Below are positions 31,484 through 46,702 of a stretch of 64,000 bases of DNA, piece after piece. The notes beneath the pieces are model-generated. The model saw nothing but the letters and a program-made list of their open reading frames with translations. It was not told the DNA's origin and searched no databases. Source of the DNA: the human T2T-CHM13v2.0 reference genome, Homo sapiens. The translations under genes and the position numbers were made by a program. The stretch lies in assembly GCF_009914755.1 (NCBI RefSeq), contig NC_060937.1; one strand, written 5' to 3'. How positions within the stretch are numbered: position 1 is the first letter of the stretch; the number at the start of each line of letters is the position of its first letter.

Positions 31484-31571
31484 CTAATCTAAGAATTAGA
31501 TCAGTTTTGATCAGAATGTCTGTCTTTTGATCACAGTTTTGTGACCACTCTGTTTTCCGTTTCTCTGGCAG

Positions 31572-31616
31572 TCACTTCCCAGAATTGGCAAGAGAGCCGT
31601 CTTCAGATGACTTCTG
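31572..31616 (+). CDS. ATP8A2: exon 15 (HFPELAREPSSDDF), 45-nt symmetric exon
   Basis: tggcag|T CAC TTC ... TTC TG|gtaagt; phase 2-2. Confidence 0.92.
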
Positions 31617-31669
31617 GTAAGTAGATTCTAGCACTTCTTGACACTTTAGTGGAAAAGCTTTTGGAATAA

Positions 31670-31980
31670 TTATTTATTATTATTCATTTACATTTTTAGA
31701 GACAGCCTCACTCTATTGCACAGGATGGAGTGCAGTGATACTGTCATAGCTCACTGTAGTCACGAACTCCTGGATTCAAGTGATCCTCCTGCCTCAGCCT
31801 TCTGAGTAACTAAAACTACGGGCATGCACCACCATGCCTGACTAATTTTGTAATTTTTTGTAGAGATGAGGTCTCACTATGTTGCCCAGGCTGGTCTCAA
31901 ACTCCTGGCCTCAAGCTATCCTCCTGCTGTGTCTTCCCAATGTGCTGGGATTACAGGTGTGAGAAACCAGGCTCGCCCTG
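31670..31980 (-). mobile_element. Alu (AluJ-like)
   Basis: antisense diverged Alu. Confidence 0.9.
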
Positions 31981-32268
31981 GAGTAATTTTATTAGCATTT
32001 CTCACCTGCCTATTTTTGTATGTAAATAAAAGTTGCATATATGTTGTTTTGAAAGAAAACCAGATAAAATTTAAGGATGAACATGGCTTTAAAAGTCCAG
32101 GGATACTATAGGACTTTTAACAAAAAAATTGACTGCCCTTGGTTCAGTGTTTCCCACTCACTCCCTATTCCCTGGAGGCAGCCAACCTCAGTGCTTTTGC
32201 TTTTTAAAAAATTTTATTTTTATATTTCAAAATAATGTTTATATTAGTTTTTAAATTAAAAACATTTA

Positions 32269-32578
<310 letters not shown>

Positions 32579-32606
32579 AAATTAAAAACATTTAGACATT
32601 GTTTGA

Positions 32607-33001
<395 letters not shown>

Positions 33002-33469
33002 AATTTTTTCCATTATTTTGGACATTCATTGGACCACCAGTGGGCCATTCTGTCTCTGAGTTTCCTCTTCTTGATTCTCAGAAGTGTCTTTGTATTATTT
33101 CTGTGATAATTTTCCTCCTCTCCAGCTTCCCTGTTCCCTCTGCATCTCTTGATAGTCAGATATTGAATCTCTTGGGTTGATCCTCCAGTTTTGTTATCGT
33201 TCTGTCTCATTTTCCATAGATTTTTTTTGTTTTACTTCCTGGTATTTTTTTCACCTTGATCTTCTATCCTTCGTCATGAGTTTTCTGTGTGATCTCACTT
33301 TCAGTTTTCGAAAGCATTCCCCTAACTTTGCTTTTGCATTCCGTGTTTTCTCTGCCCTCCTCTCCCACCCTCCCTACTGCCCACCCCTGGTGTTTTGATT
33401 TATTTTCTATAGGCTTTCTTCAAAAACCTGGTGATCATTGGCTGTGTGCTCATATATTTTCATTTCTTT

Positions 33470-34240
33470 TTGTGTAAAATATGTGTAACATAATATTTAT
33501 CATTTGACTCTTTTAAATGTACAATTCAGTTGCACTAAATAGATTCATAATGTTTTGCAGCCATCCGCACCATTCATTTCTAGAACTTTTTCATCTGAAA
33601 CCCTATCTATTAAACAAAAATTCTTCATTGCTGCCTGCCTCCAGACCGTAGTAACCACCATTCTGTTTTCTGTCTCTATGATTTTGCCTGTTCTAGGTAC
33701 CTCATGCAAGTGAAATTGTGCAGTATTTGTGTTTTTGTGTTTGGCGTATTTCCCTTAGCATGTCTTCAGGGTTCATCCATGTTGTAGAATGTGCCAGAAT
33801 CTTCTCCCTTTGGAAGGCTGAGTAATATGCGATTGCATGTATATGCCACATTTTGTTTATCCCACCATCTGTTCATGGGCATTTGTGTTGCTTCCACCTT
33901 TTGGCTACTGTGAATAACGCTGCTGTGAACATCGACATACAGGTATCTGTTTCAGTCTCCGCTTTCCATTCTTGGGGGTATATTCCTAAATATGGAATTA
34001 CTGGGTCGTATGGTAATTCTGTGTTTGACTTTCTGAGGAAAAACCGTGCTATTTTCCATAGCAGAGCCACCATTTGACATTCCTGCCAGCAATGCACAAG
34101 GGTTTCACTTTCTCCACGTCCTTGCCAACACTTGTGATTTTTCAGGTTTTGTTTGTTTTATAATAGCCATCCTAATGGGTATGAAGTGGTACCTTATCAT
34201 AGTTTTGATTTCTGTTTCCCTTATAAATGGTGATGCTGTC
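33470..34240 (-). mobile_element. L1MB-like 3' fragment
   Basis: minus-strand ORF2 remnant ELPYDPVIPYLGIYPQEWK plus L1MB-type 3' UTR. Confidence 0.82.
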
Positions 34241-34942
34241 TGTCTGCACGTGTTTTAAAGCTTATACACAAGAAACCTGACTGCTAGGGCTGTGTGTGGA
34301 GTGGGGCCACTGTGGTTGATGACGGATTGCCTGCCTGGAGAATGGTCAGCCAGGACCCACTATTGTATTAAGGGATCCCTAGATGTCAGTGTCTATGGGT
34401 CTTTCTTGTCAGCTGTTCAGCTTTCTTTTCATAAAAAGAACTTTCTAGTTTCCTGCCAAGGGCTATAAATTTGGTTCAACTGTTTTGGAAGCTGTGTGGA
34501 GGCAGTGGGCCAGTGATTGTACCTTTCAGCTTATATAGAATTTCACTTAAAACCCTGTTTTGGGAGGATGCCCTAACCTATCCACATGTGTGCCTGTGTG
34601 CCCAGTGTGCCTGGGCTCAGGACTACTCTGGTTTAATTTCTGTAAAAGATAAGCATTTTTTTTTCTGGCTGTGGAAGTTTCAGTTGTCTGGCCGCATGGG
34701 ATGTGAGGATTCTTGAAGGCTGAATGTTCCTCAAGTGGATGTGGAAGCTGTGCTGTCTTCCTCCTTCCCTGTACCTCACAGGTGCCTTGTGCTGCCATTT
34801 GTTCCACCTTCCCAGCACACTGTTGAGGGCATCAGCTTGCATTTTAGGTGCTCCCCCTTGCAAGCTGTTGGTTACTGTTTTCTGTGCTGTTACGTATTTC
34901 AAGTTAAGACTAACATACACTCTGCTGTCATGTCTTCTTTCA

Positions 34943-35270
<328 letters not shown>

Positions 35271-35808
35271 AAATTTCAGGAGGGAGTGGAGATAAATGAA
35301 TATATAGTTGATTCTTCACATTTTCTTCAATGTGATAGCTCACAGCCATCATATTGTTTCCTTTCTTGTAATTATTTGTTGTCTTCCCTCTCCTACATAT
35401 GAGCTCTGGCCACAAATGATTGCATGTATACAGTGCAATATTTACTCTTGTTTTATTTGCTGTGAGCAGACACTCTTAGAAGTTTTCTCTGGTGGAAGTG
35501 ACTCGGGCCAACTGAAATGCCAGCCATAGTCTTGATCCCTGGCTTCTGTTTCTTCTCCTTGTAACTATTGTTCCTTGTAACTGTTGTTCTTTACAATAAC
35601 TCGTAAAGTATCTTATTTATAGTAAACTCCAGGATTAATTGTTTTGAGGTTTAAAATAATAATACAGAATTCCAAGTCTTTAAAAGTTTAATGTGAATCC
35701 CTACAGGACTTTAGGTATGGTTCTTCTTGAAGGCAGATTCTTTCCAGGTTTGGGTTAGCTTAACAGAAACTTTTAAATTGAATAAATTTTCTCTGTTCTC
35801 TCTTACAG

Positions 35809-35884
35809 TCGGATGCCTCCTCCCTGTAGTGATTCCTGTGACTTTGATGACCCCAGGCTGTTGAAGAACATTGAGGATCGCCAT
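35809..35884 (+). CDS. ATP8A2: exon 16 ([25 protein letters not shown])
   Basis: ttacag|T CGG ATG ... CGC CAT|gtaagt; 76 nt. Confidence 0.96.
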
Positions 35885-36530
35885 GTAAGTGCTCTGTTTT
35901 ACTTCGAAGACAGCAAACAGCTTACGGTGCAACTTTCTTTTATATATGCATGTAGTATTTTGCAAGTTGCAGTTTTAGAGCATGGGAAAAGTCTCGACTT
36001 GATGATGTGAGTCCTTCTGAGAAGTGATCTTAGACAAATGCTTTGTGGTGAACGCTATGCATAAATTAGTGTATTTAAATACTTGGTGATTTTGTAAAGT
36101 AGCACACCAAGATCAAGACGAGTTTTACCACATAATTCTGTAACAGTTCCAATGGCTGTTGCTTTGTAAAATTTCTGCAGTACTATTTTGTCACAGTTGT
36201 GAATCTAAGAGGCCAAGTGTAATTGCATATCCTTTGACTAGGATACTTTAGGAAACAAAAGTAAGATATATATAATAACAGGTGGCATTTATTGCATTCT
36301 ACTGTGTGCCAGGCAACTAACATATATTTCTTTCAACACTTTAGTCAACATTTGAATCACATCTGGGAGGTGACAAGGAAGTTAAATAAAAGATTAAATT
36401 GGCGAGTAGTTACCCAGCGCATAAATGTAGAAATGAGCCTTAAACCTCAGTCTGTTAGATTTTTAACTACGACATCACACCACTTCAAATCAGTATTAAC
36501 TGCAGAATCACATCAATTCACTGTTATTTT

Positions 36531-37693
36531 ATTTGTTATTTATTTATTTTTAATTTTTCTATAAGGGAAAAATTGTATTGAGGAACAGGTGGTATTTGGT
36601 TACATGAGTAAGTTCTTTAGTGGTGATGTGTGAGATTTTGTGAGATTGTGGTGCACCCGTCACCTGAGCAGTATACACTGCACCATATTTGTAGTATTTT
36701 ATCCCTTGCCTCCCTCCCACCCTTCCCCCAAAGTCCCCAAAGTCCGTTGTATCATTCTTATGCCTTTGCGTCCTCATAGTTTAGCTCCCACATTTCAGTG
36801 AGAACACATGATGTTTGGTTTTCCATTCCTGAGTTACTTCACTTAGAATAATAGTCTCCAATCTCATCCAGGTCACTGCAAATGCTGTTAATTCATTCAT
36901 TTTTATGGCCACGTGGTATTCCATCATCTCTCTCTTTATATGTATGTATATGTGTATATATTATATATGTATATATTACAGTTTCTTTATCCACTCATTG
37001 ATTGATGGGCATTTGGGTTGGTTCCACAATTCACAGTTGTGAATTGTACTGCTATAAACATGTGTGTGCAAGTATTTTTTCCTCTGGGTAGATACCTAGT
37101 AGTGGGATTGCTGGATCAAATGGTAGTTCTACTTTTAGTTCTGTAAAGAATCTCTGCACTGTTTTCCATAGTGGCTGTTCTAGTTTACACTCCCACCAGC
37201 AGTGCAGAAGTGTTTCCTGATCACCGCATCCATGCCAACATCTACTGTTTTTGATTTTTTGGTTATGGCCATTCTTGCAGGAGTAAGGTGGTATTGCGTT
37301 GTGGTTTTGATTCACATTTCCCTGATCATCAGTGATGTTGAGCATTTTGTCATATGTTTGTTGGCCATTTGTATATCTTCTTTTAAGAATTGTCTATTCA
37401 TTTTCTTAGCCCACTTTTTGATGAGATTGTTTGTTTTTTTCTTACTGATTTGTTTGAGTTCGTTGTAGTTTCTGGATATTAGTCCTTTGTCAGATGCATA
37501 GATTGTGAAGATTTTCTCCCACTCTGTGGGTTGTCTGTTTACTCTGCTGACTGTTCCTTTTGCTGTGCAAAAGCTCTTTAGTTTAATTAGGTCCCAGCTG
37601 TTTATCTTTGTTTTTATCACATTTTTTTTTTATTGCATTTGCTTTTGGGTTCTTGGTCATGAAATCCTTGCCTAAGCCAATGTCTAGAAGGGT
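36531..37693 (-). mobile_element. 5'-truncated L1PB-like element
   Basis: ORF2 remnants [13 protein letters not shown] and [15 protein letters not shown]; perfect TSD aattcactgttatttt at 36515-30 and 37694-709 with TTTT/AA endonuclease site. Confidence 0.92.
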
Positions 37694-40374
37694 AATTCAC
37701 TGTTATTTTAAAGGCTACTCTGAAAAATGCCAACTTAGAAAATTATTCAATGATCAAAACATTTCACAACTAGTTAAGTCAGTATAAATTAGATGTAATA
37801 TGATTAATTTTTTTTTCTGAAAAAATTTCTAGATTTAAAATTAGGTAAACATGAGCAAAATTAAAACTTTATCTTTCCAAATTTCCAAAATTTTAAGAGA
37901 CAGATATATTTAAAACTTTTTCTAAGTTTTCATGAGGAAATCCTACTTTTCTCTACTGAAGTTAGTGCCCATTTGTTGCTAGCTCTTCTGAAATGTGAGT
38001 GTATAAGGCTCGCACACCCACAGGCTGTGATGCTGCTATTCCGACTCAGTTCTTGGTGATGCTGATGAAGTGGTCCAAGCCCACAGAGGATGCTGCTGGA
38101 GTCTATGTTCTGTTTCAGTCACAGACAGCTACAGAATCCTTTCTTGGATTCTGATCTTAGAGGTAGATCCAGCTACTAGGCTGAAGATTCTCCAAGCAGA
38201 AAAGTGGCGCCTCTGAAGAATCGTCTCTGCAGGAAGGTGGTTTTAATCAAAGATGTCAAAGAAACAAGTGTACTTTGAGCACTCGAGAGGAAAGAAGTGT
38301 TTTCAAATAGTATTCAGGTTGAGGGTAACCACAAAGGTGGGCAACTGAATATGTCTGTTCAAGTTAGGATGGTGAATGGAAAAGGAGAAAGTGGCAGGGT
38401 GACATAGGAGCTCCGGAGACTGCTCTTGGTCCAGTTTCACGAGCTTGCTTTCCTAGATCAACGAGGAGAAAGTAGCAAAGGAAATAAGATGAGCAGCGTG
38501 TATGGAACATCACAGAATTCCAGTAATGGGCTAGGAATAGCAGCAAACTATTGGATCCCCATTTACATCAGAGACTCATTTATTTATTCACTCATTTCAC
38601 AATCTATTTAAGGACATCATTTATATGAAATACCTTGCTCTTGGTACTAGGGGAAGAGACGAATAAAAAACACTCAAAGGATTCCTGTTCACTGGGGAAG
38701 CAGACATGTGAAATTCTTAGAAGCCAGTGTATGCTTTTGCAGGACAGGTAAGGTGCAACTCCCTGAGGAGGTGATTTTGGTTTGTGTAGACAGAGAGGAA
38801 TCCCATTCTCTTTGGTGACTGTCATGGCTACCATAACTGTTGACATGGGAGCAGTGTATTTGCACTGTCATAAAGGTGGGATGCCATAGAAACCCAGTGG
38901 CCTGGGGCAAATCCTTACTTGGAGAAGAGCTTCTCTGGGGACCCCCTACATGCTACTGGGATTCTAGTGTTTGAAAGATTTCAAAGCTTGGTTCAGTTCA
39001 TTTCTGACTCTCACAGGTGTTCTTTCCAAAGCTGGCCCGGGACTGGTGTTTTGGGTCCCTGTGACGTTTTGGGGTTTTGACTGTTCATCCCACACTCTTC
39101 TTGAGCCTGTCCTCTGTTGATGTTTGAATGGAGATCTGAGCACAGCTAATACCTCTCCCATTGCCTTCCCCTACCCACTGCTTTTTCCTGACTCCTCCTT
39201 GGTGGCCATGGTGAGTGGAAAGAACTTTAGGAAGAAATCCCACTGTTTATATAAGTTAGTGATCTTTCTTCTTCTTTCCTTTCCTCCTCATCGTCTGCCC
39301 TCCTGAGCCAAATTTCTTTTTAGTTTAGTGGGAAAGCCATTGAGAGTAGGGACAGGTGCAACCCCTGTGAAAAGGAAGCCCTGCTGTGGGGACATTGTGA
39401 TGACCATCCAAACACAGAGACTTCAAGGGCATTTTAATCTGGATACTCATAGTTTCAGTACAAGCATAATGAGGAATTGATCGATTGGTTTGGGAATTTA
39501 TTTTCTAATTTTTAGTAAAAGCCTCCTAGCCTATGTGTACCATTTTTAAGCTTTCTTGGATCCTTGAGGCCTTCTGAGGTACTCTTCATCTTAGCTACTA
39601 TGTTAACTAAACTCTTTGACATTTAACATCTAGCTGCACTACAATAATGAAGACCATAGAATAGGCTCCAATATTTTTCTTTGGGGAGATGTGGGATTGA
39701 ATTAAATGTACCCATTGGAGGTTTTTAAGCAGTTTAAACACAGGGCCTATTAGATTACTTGTTCATTTTGCCAAAATGTGTCTGTGGAGAGGGAAGAAGT
39801 ATTTGAGGATTTGCGGCTGCACATGCCCCACATTCTCATCTAAATTGTCTTGGGACTATTGACTAAAATTAAAACATTTGGTCCAAGAAAACCCTTACTT
39901 TCCTCCCAAGGGAATACTTCCATTTGCTACAGAATTTTCTTTTTTTCCTATGTCATCATTTCAAATTTTCTGGTTCCTTTAGGACTGTGTTAAGCTTTGT
40001 GTGGGCTGATAGCCAAGATGGAATTTGGCTCTTAGAGAATCAACCTATGAGAAATTTCGGAGGACAATTTATGCAACCCCCTGCTTACATTGCTAACCAG
40101 TGTGTGGGATAAATTTTCAAAGGTTCACCAAGGAAGAAGATATAACTTTCTTTTGAATCATTATGCCTAAGATTTCTGAGCTTGAGTCTTCAAGAAGAAA
40201 TCACTTATATATGTATATGATTTGGATAATTTGTAGCTGCAATTTTGCTTGCAAAACAATTTTAAACATGTATCATTTTCTGCTATTTTAAATTCACCGA
40301 ATAAGTAGAAAATATTCATTTCTAGATATATGGCATTTTGTACATATTATAAGCTGTTAACTGAAGGAAAAATA

Positions 40375-40655
40375 TAGTATCATCCTGTTTTTATGAGGTA
40401 CATACAATAGGCAAATTCATAGATACAGAAAACAAAATAGAGGTTACTGGGGGATAGAGAGAAGAGAGAATGGAGAGTTATTGTTTAATGGGTATAGAGT
40501 TTCTGCTGGGGAAGATGAAGTTTTGTGTATAGATAGTGGTGATGGCTGTGTAGCATTGTTGAATGTATTTAAAATGCCACTGAATTTTATACTTACAAAT
40601 GGTTAAATGATAGATATTACGTGTATAGTTTACCACAATACAAATTTTTAACATC
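40375..40655 (+). mobile_element. L1MB/L1MC-like 3' end
   Basis: ggcaaattcatagatacagaa...gtggtgatgg...aatgccactgaa...taccacaat. Confidence 0.8.
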
Positions 40656-41219
40656 TAAGAAGATACACACACACATATATACACACATGAATATAAGCAT
40701 CCATAGGCTTCAGATTAATTTTGTCTCTTCTCCCTAATTTATTATAGAATGCAATAGGAAGAAAACCAATGATAGGTTAATTTTATTTTAGGATTTAAAA
40801 AAAATCTTCATGGATTTTGTCTGGCTTACCATTTGAGGTAGAAGGCTTTATTTGTGTGTGCAATTCTTTATAACTCTTAGAAAATATCTCACTACTAGGT
40901 TTACTTATTTGTAAAATCTAAGACACTTTTTATGTTGTTTCATTACGGGACAAGGTTATGTTCAGGATTGGAAAATTCTCAGGTACAGGGGAAGGCAATC
41001 TTGAATTGAAGCTAAATTCTCACATAAAGTACTTTTGGGGAAAATTTCTTACCATTTTTGCAATGCAGGCCTTGAGGAATGTGTAAATTCCCTAAGCTCA
41101 TGACTTTACTGAACTATAATTTAAGGTGCCTTTTCTCTTCATGATAAGAAGTAGCCATGTAAATAGCTGTGATTTGCTTCCATAAAATTCTGCTTAAGTC
41201 ACATTCACAAGACAGAGAA

Positions 41220-41920
41220 GAAACTAAAAATATTCTTGTGGAAGCCGTCATTCATTTATGACTAAAAAAACAGAAAACTCCATCAAAAGAGGAAACACAT
41301 AGCTGCTTCCTTCACATGAAGATATAAATCTATCTCAATTTTATAGCCAGTTGCCTATTTAAAAGGGATGCACTAGAACACTGACATTAAAATAACCCCA
41401 GGACAAGGAAGCTTGCTTATCACCCCTGCCTTGAATGTAATTCTGGAAGTGCTAGCTCCTGCAGACAGGTGAACATTGAAAGTTTATATATTGGGAGGAA
41501 AAGGGAAAACTTCTCATTTGTGGGTGATATAATTGTCTACTTTGAAAACCTAGGATAGTCAACTGCAATTCAGAGAACTAGTAGGAGCTCAGTGACAATT
41601 GGATATTAACTTACAAAAATCAATGTTTCTACTTACATCCCAACAAGAAACTACTGTAAAATGTAATGGAAATAAGATTCCATTCATAATATAAAAGGCA
41701 ATAGATAAAATGCCTTACACAGTACTTCATGTATAGTGGTCACTGAAATAATTTTTGAGCAAATAAAATAATTAATAGACGTGCCAGGTCTTATATTTAG
41801 AATATTTAGAAGCTTTTAATACATAGGAAGACACACTTTTCTTAGATGGGAAGACAGCATTATTTTCCCACTAGTTATAAATGTGCTCTAATCCCAATAA
41901 AAAATTATATATTTTTTTCC
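41220..41920 (+). mobile_element. old L1M ORF2 fragment
   Basis: ttctggaagtgctagc..., gatataattgtctactttgaaaacc, caaaaatcaatg. Confidence 0.6.
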
Positions 41921-42182
41921 CAGAGAGAATAAGAGAATTTTATTAAATACATATCCAGGGCAATTCTGGTTTTCGTTGCTGTTCAATATTAATGAGCAAG
42001 GGATGCACTGCTTTACAGGTGTTGAGAGATTATAAACTTAAAGAATAGACACTGTATAGAACAGATGTCGGGGTGGGGAATGGGAGCCTGGAGATGGGAG
42101 CATCTTCTGTTTATGGGGCCTGAGGTACAGCAGTGAGGGAGGCAGAACACACGCTTCCGGAGGATCTTGCGAGAGTGAGGCA

Positions 42183-42310
42183 GCAGCACGTGGGTGAAGC
42201 AGAAGCACAGGGAGGCGGAAGCAGAGGGGCAAGTGGAAGCACGTGGTGAAGTGCAAGCATGTGGGGAGGCGGAAGCACGTGGGCAAATGGAAGCATGTGG
42301 GCAAGGCCGA
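42183..42310. repeat. 18-bp degenerate minisatellite (GGAAGCAYGTGGGCAAGT-like) x ~7
   Basis: E-box cores at 42240, 42258, 42276, 42294; 6-aa periodicity (HLPTCF) in the minus ORF. Confidence 0.85.
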
Positions 42311-42563
42311 GGCTCCTGGGGAGGCAGGGTGTGTGGAGGTACAGGAAGGCTCTTTCGTCTTTTCTCTCCCCATCTCTTGAGCTAAAGCGCAGGAGCTGCA
42401 TTCCAAGAGAAACCTGGGGATTAGTGCGCGTCAGGAGAACCGGCTTGGGGACTCCAGACCAGAGCGGTAGGAGGGGGATCTGAGGTCCATATTAAGGACC
42501 TCTACCCTGTCCTACAGGGAGCAATAGGATGACTGGATGTTAGTTGGGGATCTGCTTGTGTGA

Positions 42564-42809
<246 letters not shown>

Positions 42810-43393
42810 TAGTCCGTCCCACAGACTCGGCTGTCTGCTGTTGGCCTCACCCTGTGGCCAGGCTGTGGCTACAGGTGCAAAGCCGTAGAGAGCCCGGGAT
42901 GGGCTCTCCTGACTCTCATGACTCTTTTTTAACAGCAAAGGGAGGACCCCGGTTATGTTGCATCTCCCAGCAGAGGTGATTGGGCTTGACAGAGCTCTGA
43001 AGAAAGAACAGAGCTGGCTTCTTCCTCATCCTCCCCACCTCATAGATTTTCCGCCTGCTGGGGAAGCTGTGCATGGGGGTACTCTCTACCCACTTCCTGA
43101 GGCTTGGGAATCCCACAGCACAACTAAAATACTGCCTTGCTCAGAGGAGATGTTTGGTGGGAGTCATGGGACTATTAGGTTCATTGGAGAGAACTTGATC
43201 CCAAGCGAGAATAGCAGGAATAGAAATCATTCTTGTCCTGGTGAATTAGCATATATCCAAGCCTCCCATCTAACAGGAGTGCTCATTTCAGAACCCTGGT
43301 GGTAGGAAAAGCAAGTGCTTCTCTATCCTGAGTCTTTACTATTATGCAGATAACACCAGGCCTCCTTCAGTAGAGCGGATTTTGTTAATTTGA

Positions 43394-43588
<195 letters not shown>

Positions 43589-43919
43589 TGAAGATTGTGT
43601 GTGTGAAATGGCATGTCTATTGTAAATATGATAGCTAAATTTCTCTTTCAGTGAAAAATTAAGACCTGTGACAAACTGGAGTTAATGTGATTATATTAGC
43701 TTGTTCGAGTTGTTTTGCATTGCAGTATTGTTTTCCCCTTCAAGATGCTTTTCCACATGTCTTTCATACACTGATGTGAAATTATTTGTAGCAAAGAACT
43801 TCACGAATCTACTCTTTGTTCTATAATAATTGGGAAAATAACTTAGCGGCCCACTTGTCTTTGAGGGCAGGTTCCACATCTCTTTGTAGCCTCAGAGCCT
43901 AAGAGTTCTTACTCAATGA

Positions 43920-44284
<365 letters not shown>

Positions 44285-46077
44285 TTTGATCTCTTTTATC
44301 TATATGAGGGATCCCCCCTGCAACTGGAGTCAAGGGGTTTACATGTTTTCTGATTTTTTCTGAGTTTCCTTACCTACAGGCCAAAGGGAGAAATTTAGTG
44401 ATAGGAAAATAATTATATCAAATAGGAGGTCAAATACAGACCCTTGGAATGGGCAACAGGGGAAAATGATGGTTATGACTGGTGAGGCAGTGGTGTTTTT
44501 CATGATGACCAGTTAGAAGGGCTGTTTTATTGTTGTCTGCATTGATGATAAGGGTCTGGGGCTAGTCCCTGCCATCCCTTGCCTTTCCCTACTCCTCCAT
44601 TTGGGGAAGACGCAGGGATTATAGTTTTTGGCTTTATGGATGCATCCTTAAATCCATAGACCTTTAATGCATTTGAAATTCACTTCCAAATGGTATAATA
44701 ACTTCGTATGGTTCCTGACTTGGGAGTACTGTAGTAAGTTTTTTCTTTTAGTTATATGCAAAACCTATAAAATATCTTATCTTATACAAAGTACCCATTT
44801 ATTGGCATCTTCAGTTTCTTATGGAGTACAGAGATGAGATCATGTGATCATGTTTACTTTTACTATGCTTATTTTAGTCAACAAAGGGAATTTAGCTTAA
44901 GGAAATGTACCATCATTAAAAGTGGAATGAAGTACTGATTGAATATAGAATTTCCCGTACAGAAGCTTTTTTAAAAATGAGGTCTTTTTCCCCCCTTCAG
45001 TTGGAGGAGAATTTTAATCTGAACTATAGGATTTTCAGTTGTGTGGGTGCCACCGCATGTCTCTGCATTGCAAAAATGGAGGTTGGGGGTTGGGGAGCTT
45101 GGATCATAGGTGAGAGAGACAGAAGAGAACAGGCGCTTCCACTTCACTCACAATGCCAAATAAATGTGGAACCTAGAGAGCCTATTGGTGTTGTCCTCCT
45201 GGTGTTATATGCTGCATTGACACCTCTTTGTTACCTCATTAAAGTTTTAAGGTCATATTTCTGGGGGTCACAAAAGACTGCCTGATTAGTTAGGACTCGT
45301 AGATAACAGTAATAAAAAGAATCCTACTCAACCATTCATCAAACCACCAATTCTCAAATTATAGGTTTTGCATATAAGTAAAAGAAAAAACTTACTGCAG
45401 TACTACCAAGTCAGGAACAAATTCTCAAATTCCTACATATTTACATGAAATGTCCTCGCCAATAGTCAGAACAGCCACATCCATGGGCTGCATGTGGACG
45501 TGGTTGATATAACAGAGAGGGGGTGGCTCCTGGGAGTGGCAGCCCTGGTGCTGGGTGGTGGTAGTAGCACTGGGTGTCTTCTGAATGGGGATATGATGGA
45601 AAGTTAGGACAGGCTGTGGAGAAAGGGAACTCGGAACTCGTGGATCCAGAGAAGTGAATAAAGATTGATGAAGGCTGGATGAAGTGGATCATTAGTTGTT
45701 TTGTAGGATGCAAAGAGAAGGAGTGGAGAGTTGTGGGTGTGAATGAAGATAATGATTCCGTCATATACTTGGTAATTTGAATGTGTTACTTCATTGATTA
45801 CTTCTCTGAGCCCTAAGAGATGAGTGCTTTTGCCATGCATAAGAAAGTCACACACTTAGAGGCAGAAACTGGATTCAAACTCACATGTATTGGGTGCCAA
45901 AGGCCATGTTCTTTCCACTGTGAAGTGTTGGGGAAATGGAAAGATTAGATTAAAAATCTGAAAATAGCATGCGCACCATCTGGAATTTTTAGATGGAAAA
46001 AATTGTGAATATTGACATTCTAACTTGAAAGAACCCAAAGAAAAAGAGCGTTTGATTGATTGCTCTGAGACCAGGTA

Positions 46078-46391
46078 CAGATTCACCATCTCTTATCTGC
46101 AAATTCGAAACCCAAATGCCTTTGAATTCCAAAAGATTTTTCCTAAATTTGGTGAAGAGTTATTTGGCAGCAAAACCTAATCAGAACTGACATGAAGCTG
46201 TTTATGATCTTTATGAATCTCATTTCCTGATATGCATACATTTTGCTGTAGAAAGCGGATGTGTTGTGTACCAGCATGTTACCCCAGACCCTGCTGGGGA
46301 CATTATGATAGATGGTCTAGAATATGTCTATATAATTTGTAAAATCCTGAATTCAGAAGCATAACTGGGCCAAAGGTTTCTGACGGACCTG
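46078..46391. mobile_element. MER46C-like Tigger MITE
   Basis: cttatctgcaaattcgaaa...atttggcagcaaaacc...accccagaccctgctgggg...ggacctg. Confidence 0.7.
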
Positions 46392-46652
46392 TGCAGCTGG
46401 TGTCCTCTATCTCCATCTCTTGGAAGTGCCTGCACTCCCCAACTGTTAGCACTGAAGAAACGTGAGAAGCTTCCACCAGAAGAGGGAGCTCTGACCCCAC
46501 CAGACTTGTGAGAAAACAGTACATGTTGCAAAGGGCTAGAAGGTGGGAAGAGAGAGAGAGAGCATATATATGTCTGTTTATGCTTGGGAGACAATTGCTT
46601 TGAGATTTTAATACTTTGCACCTCGGTTAAGAGCCTATTTTTCTTCCTTTAG

Positions 46653-46702
46653 ATGGGACAGGAACAAACATTTGGAATCCTTAATGTCCTGGAATTTTCT
46701 AG
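46653..46702 (+). CDS. ATP8A2: exon 19 (MGQEQTFGILNVLEFS)
   Basis: ctttag|ATG GGA ... TCT AG|gtatgt; 50 nt. Confidence 0.95.

Noticed and set aside
42038-42483. ORFs with (HLPTCF)n or (EAEARG)n repeats
   Set aside because: Explained by the 18-bp minisatellite; no splice or start-context support.
46671-46673. Phe codon TTT that I recall may be TTC in the reference mRNA
   Set aside because: Synonymous and based on unverified memory; at most a common haplotype difference.
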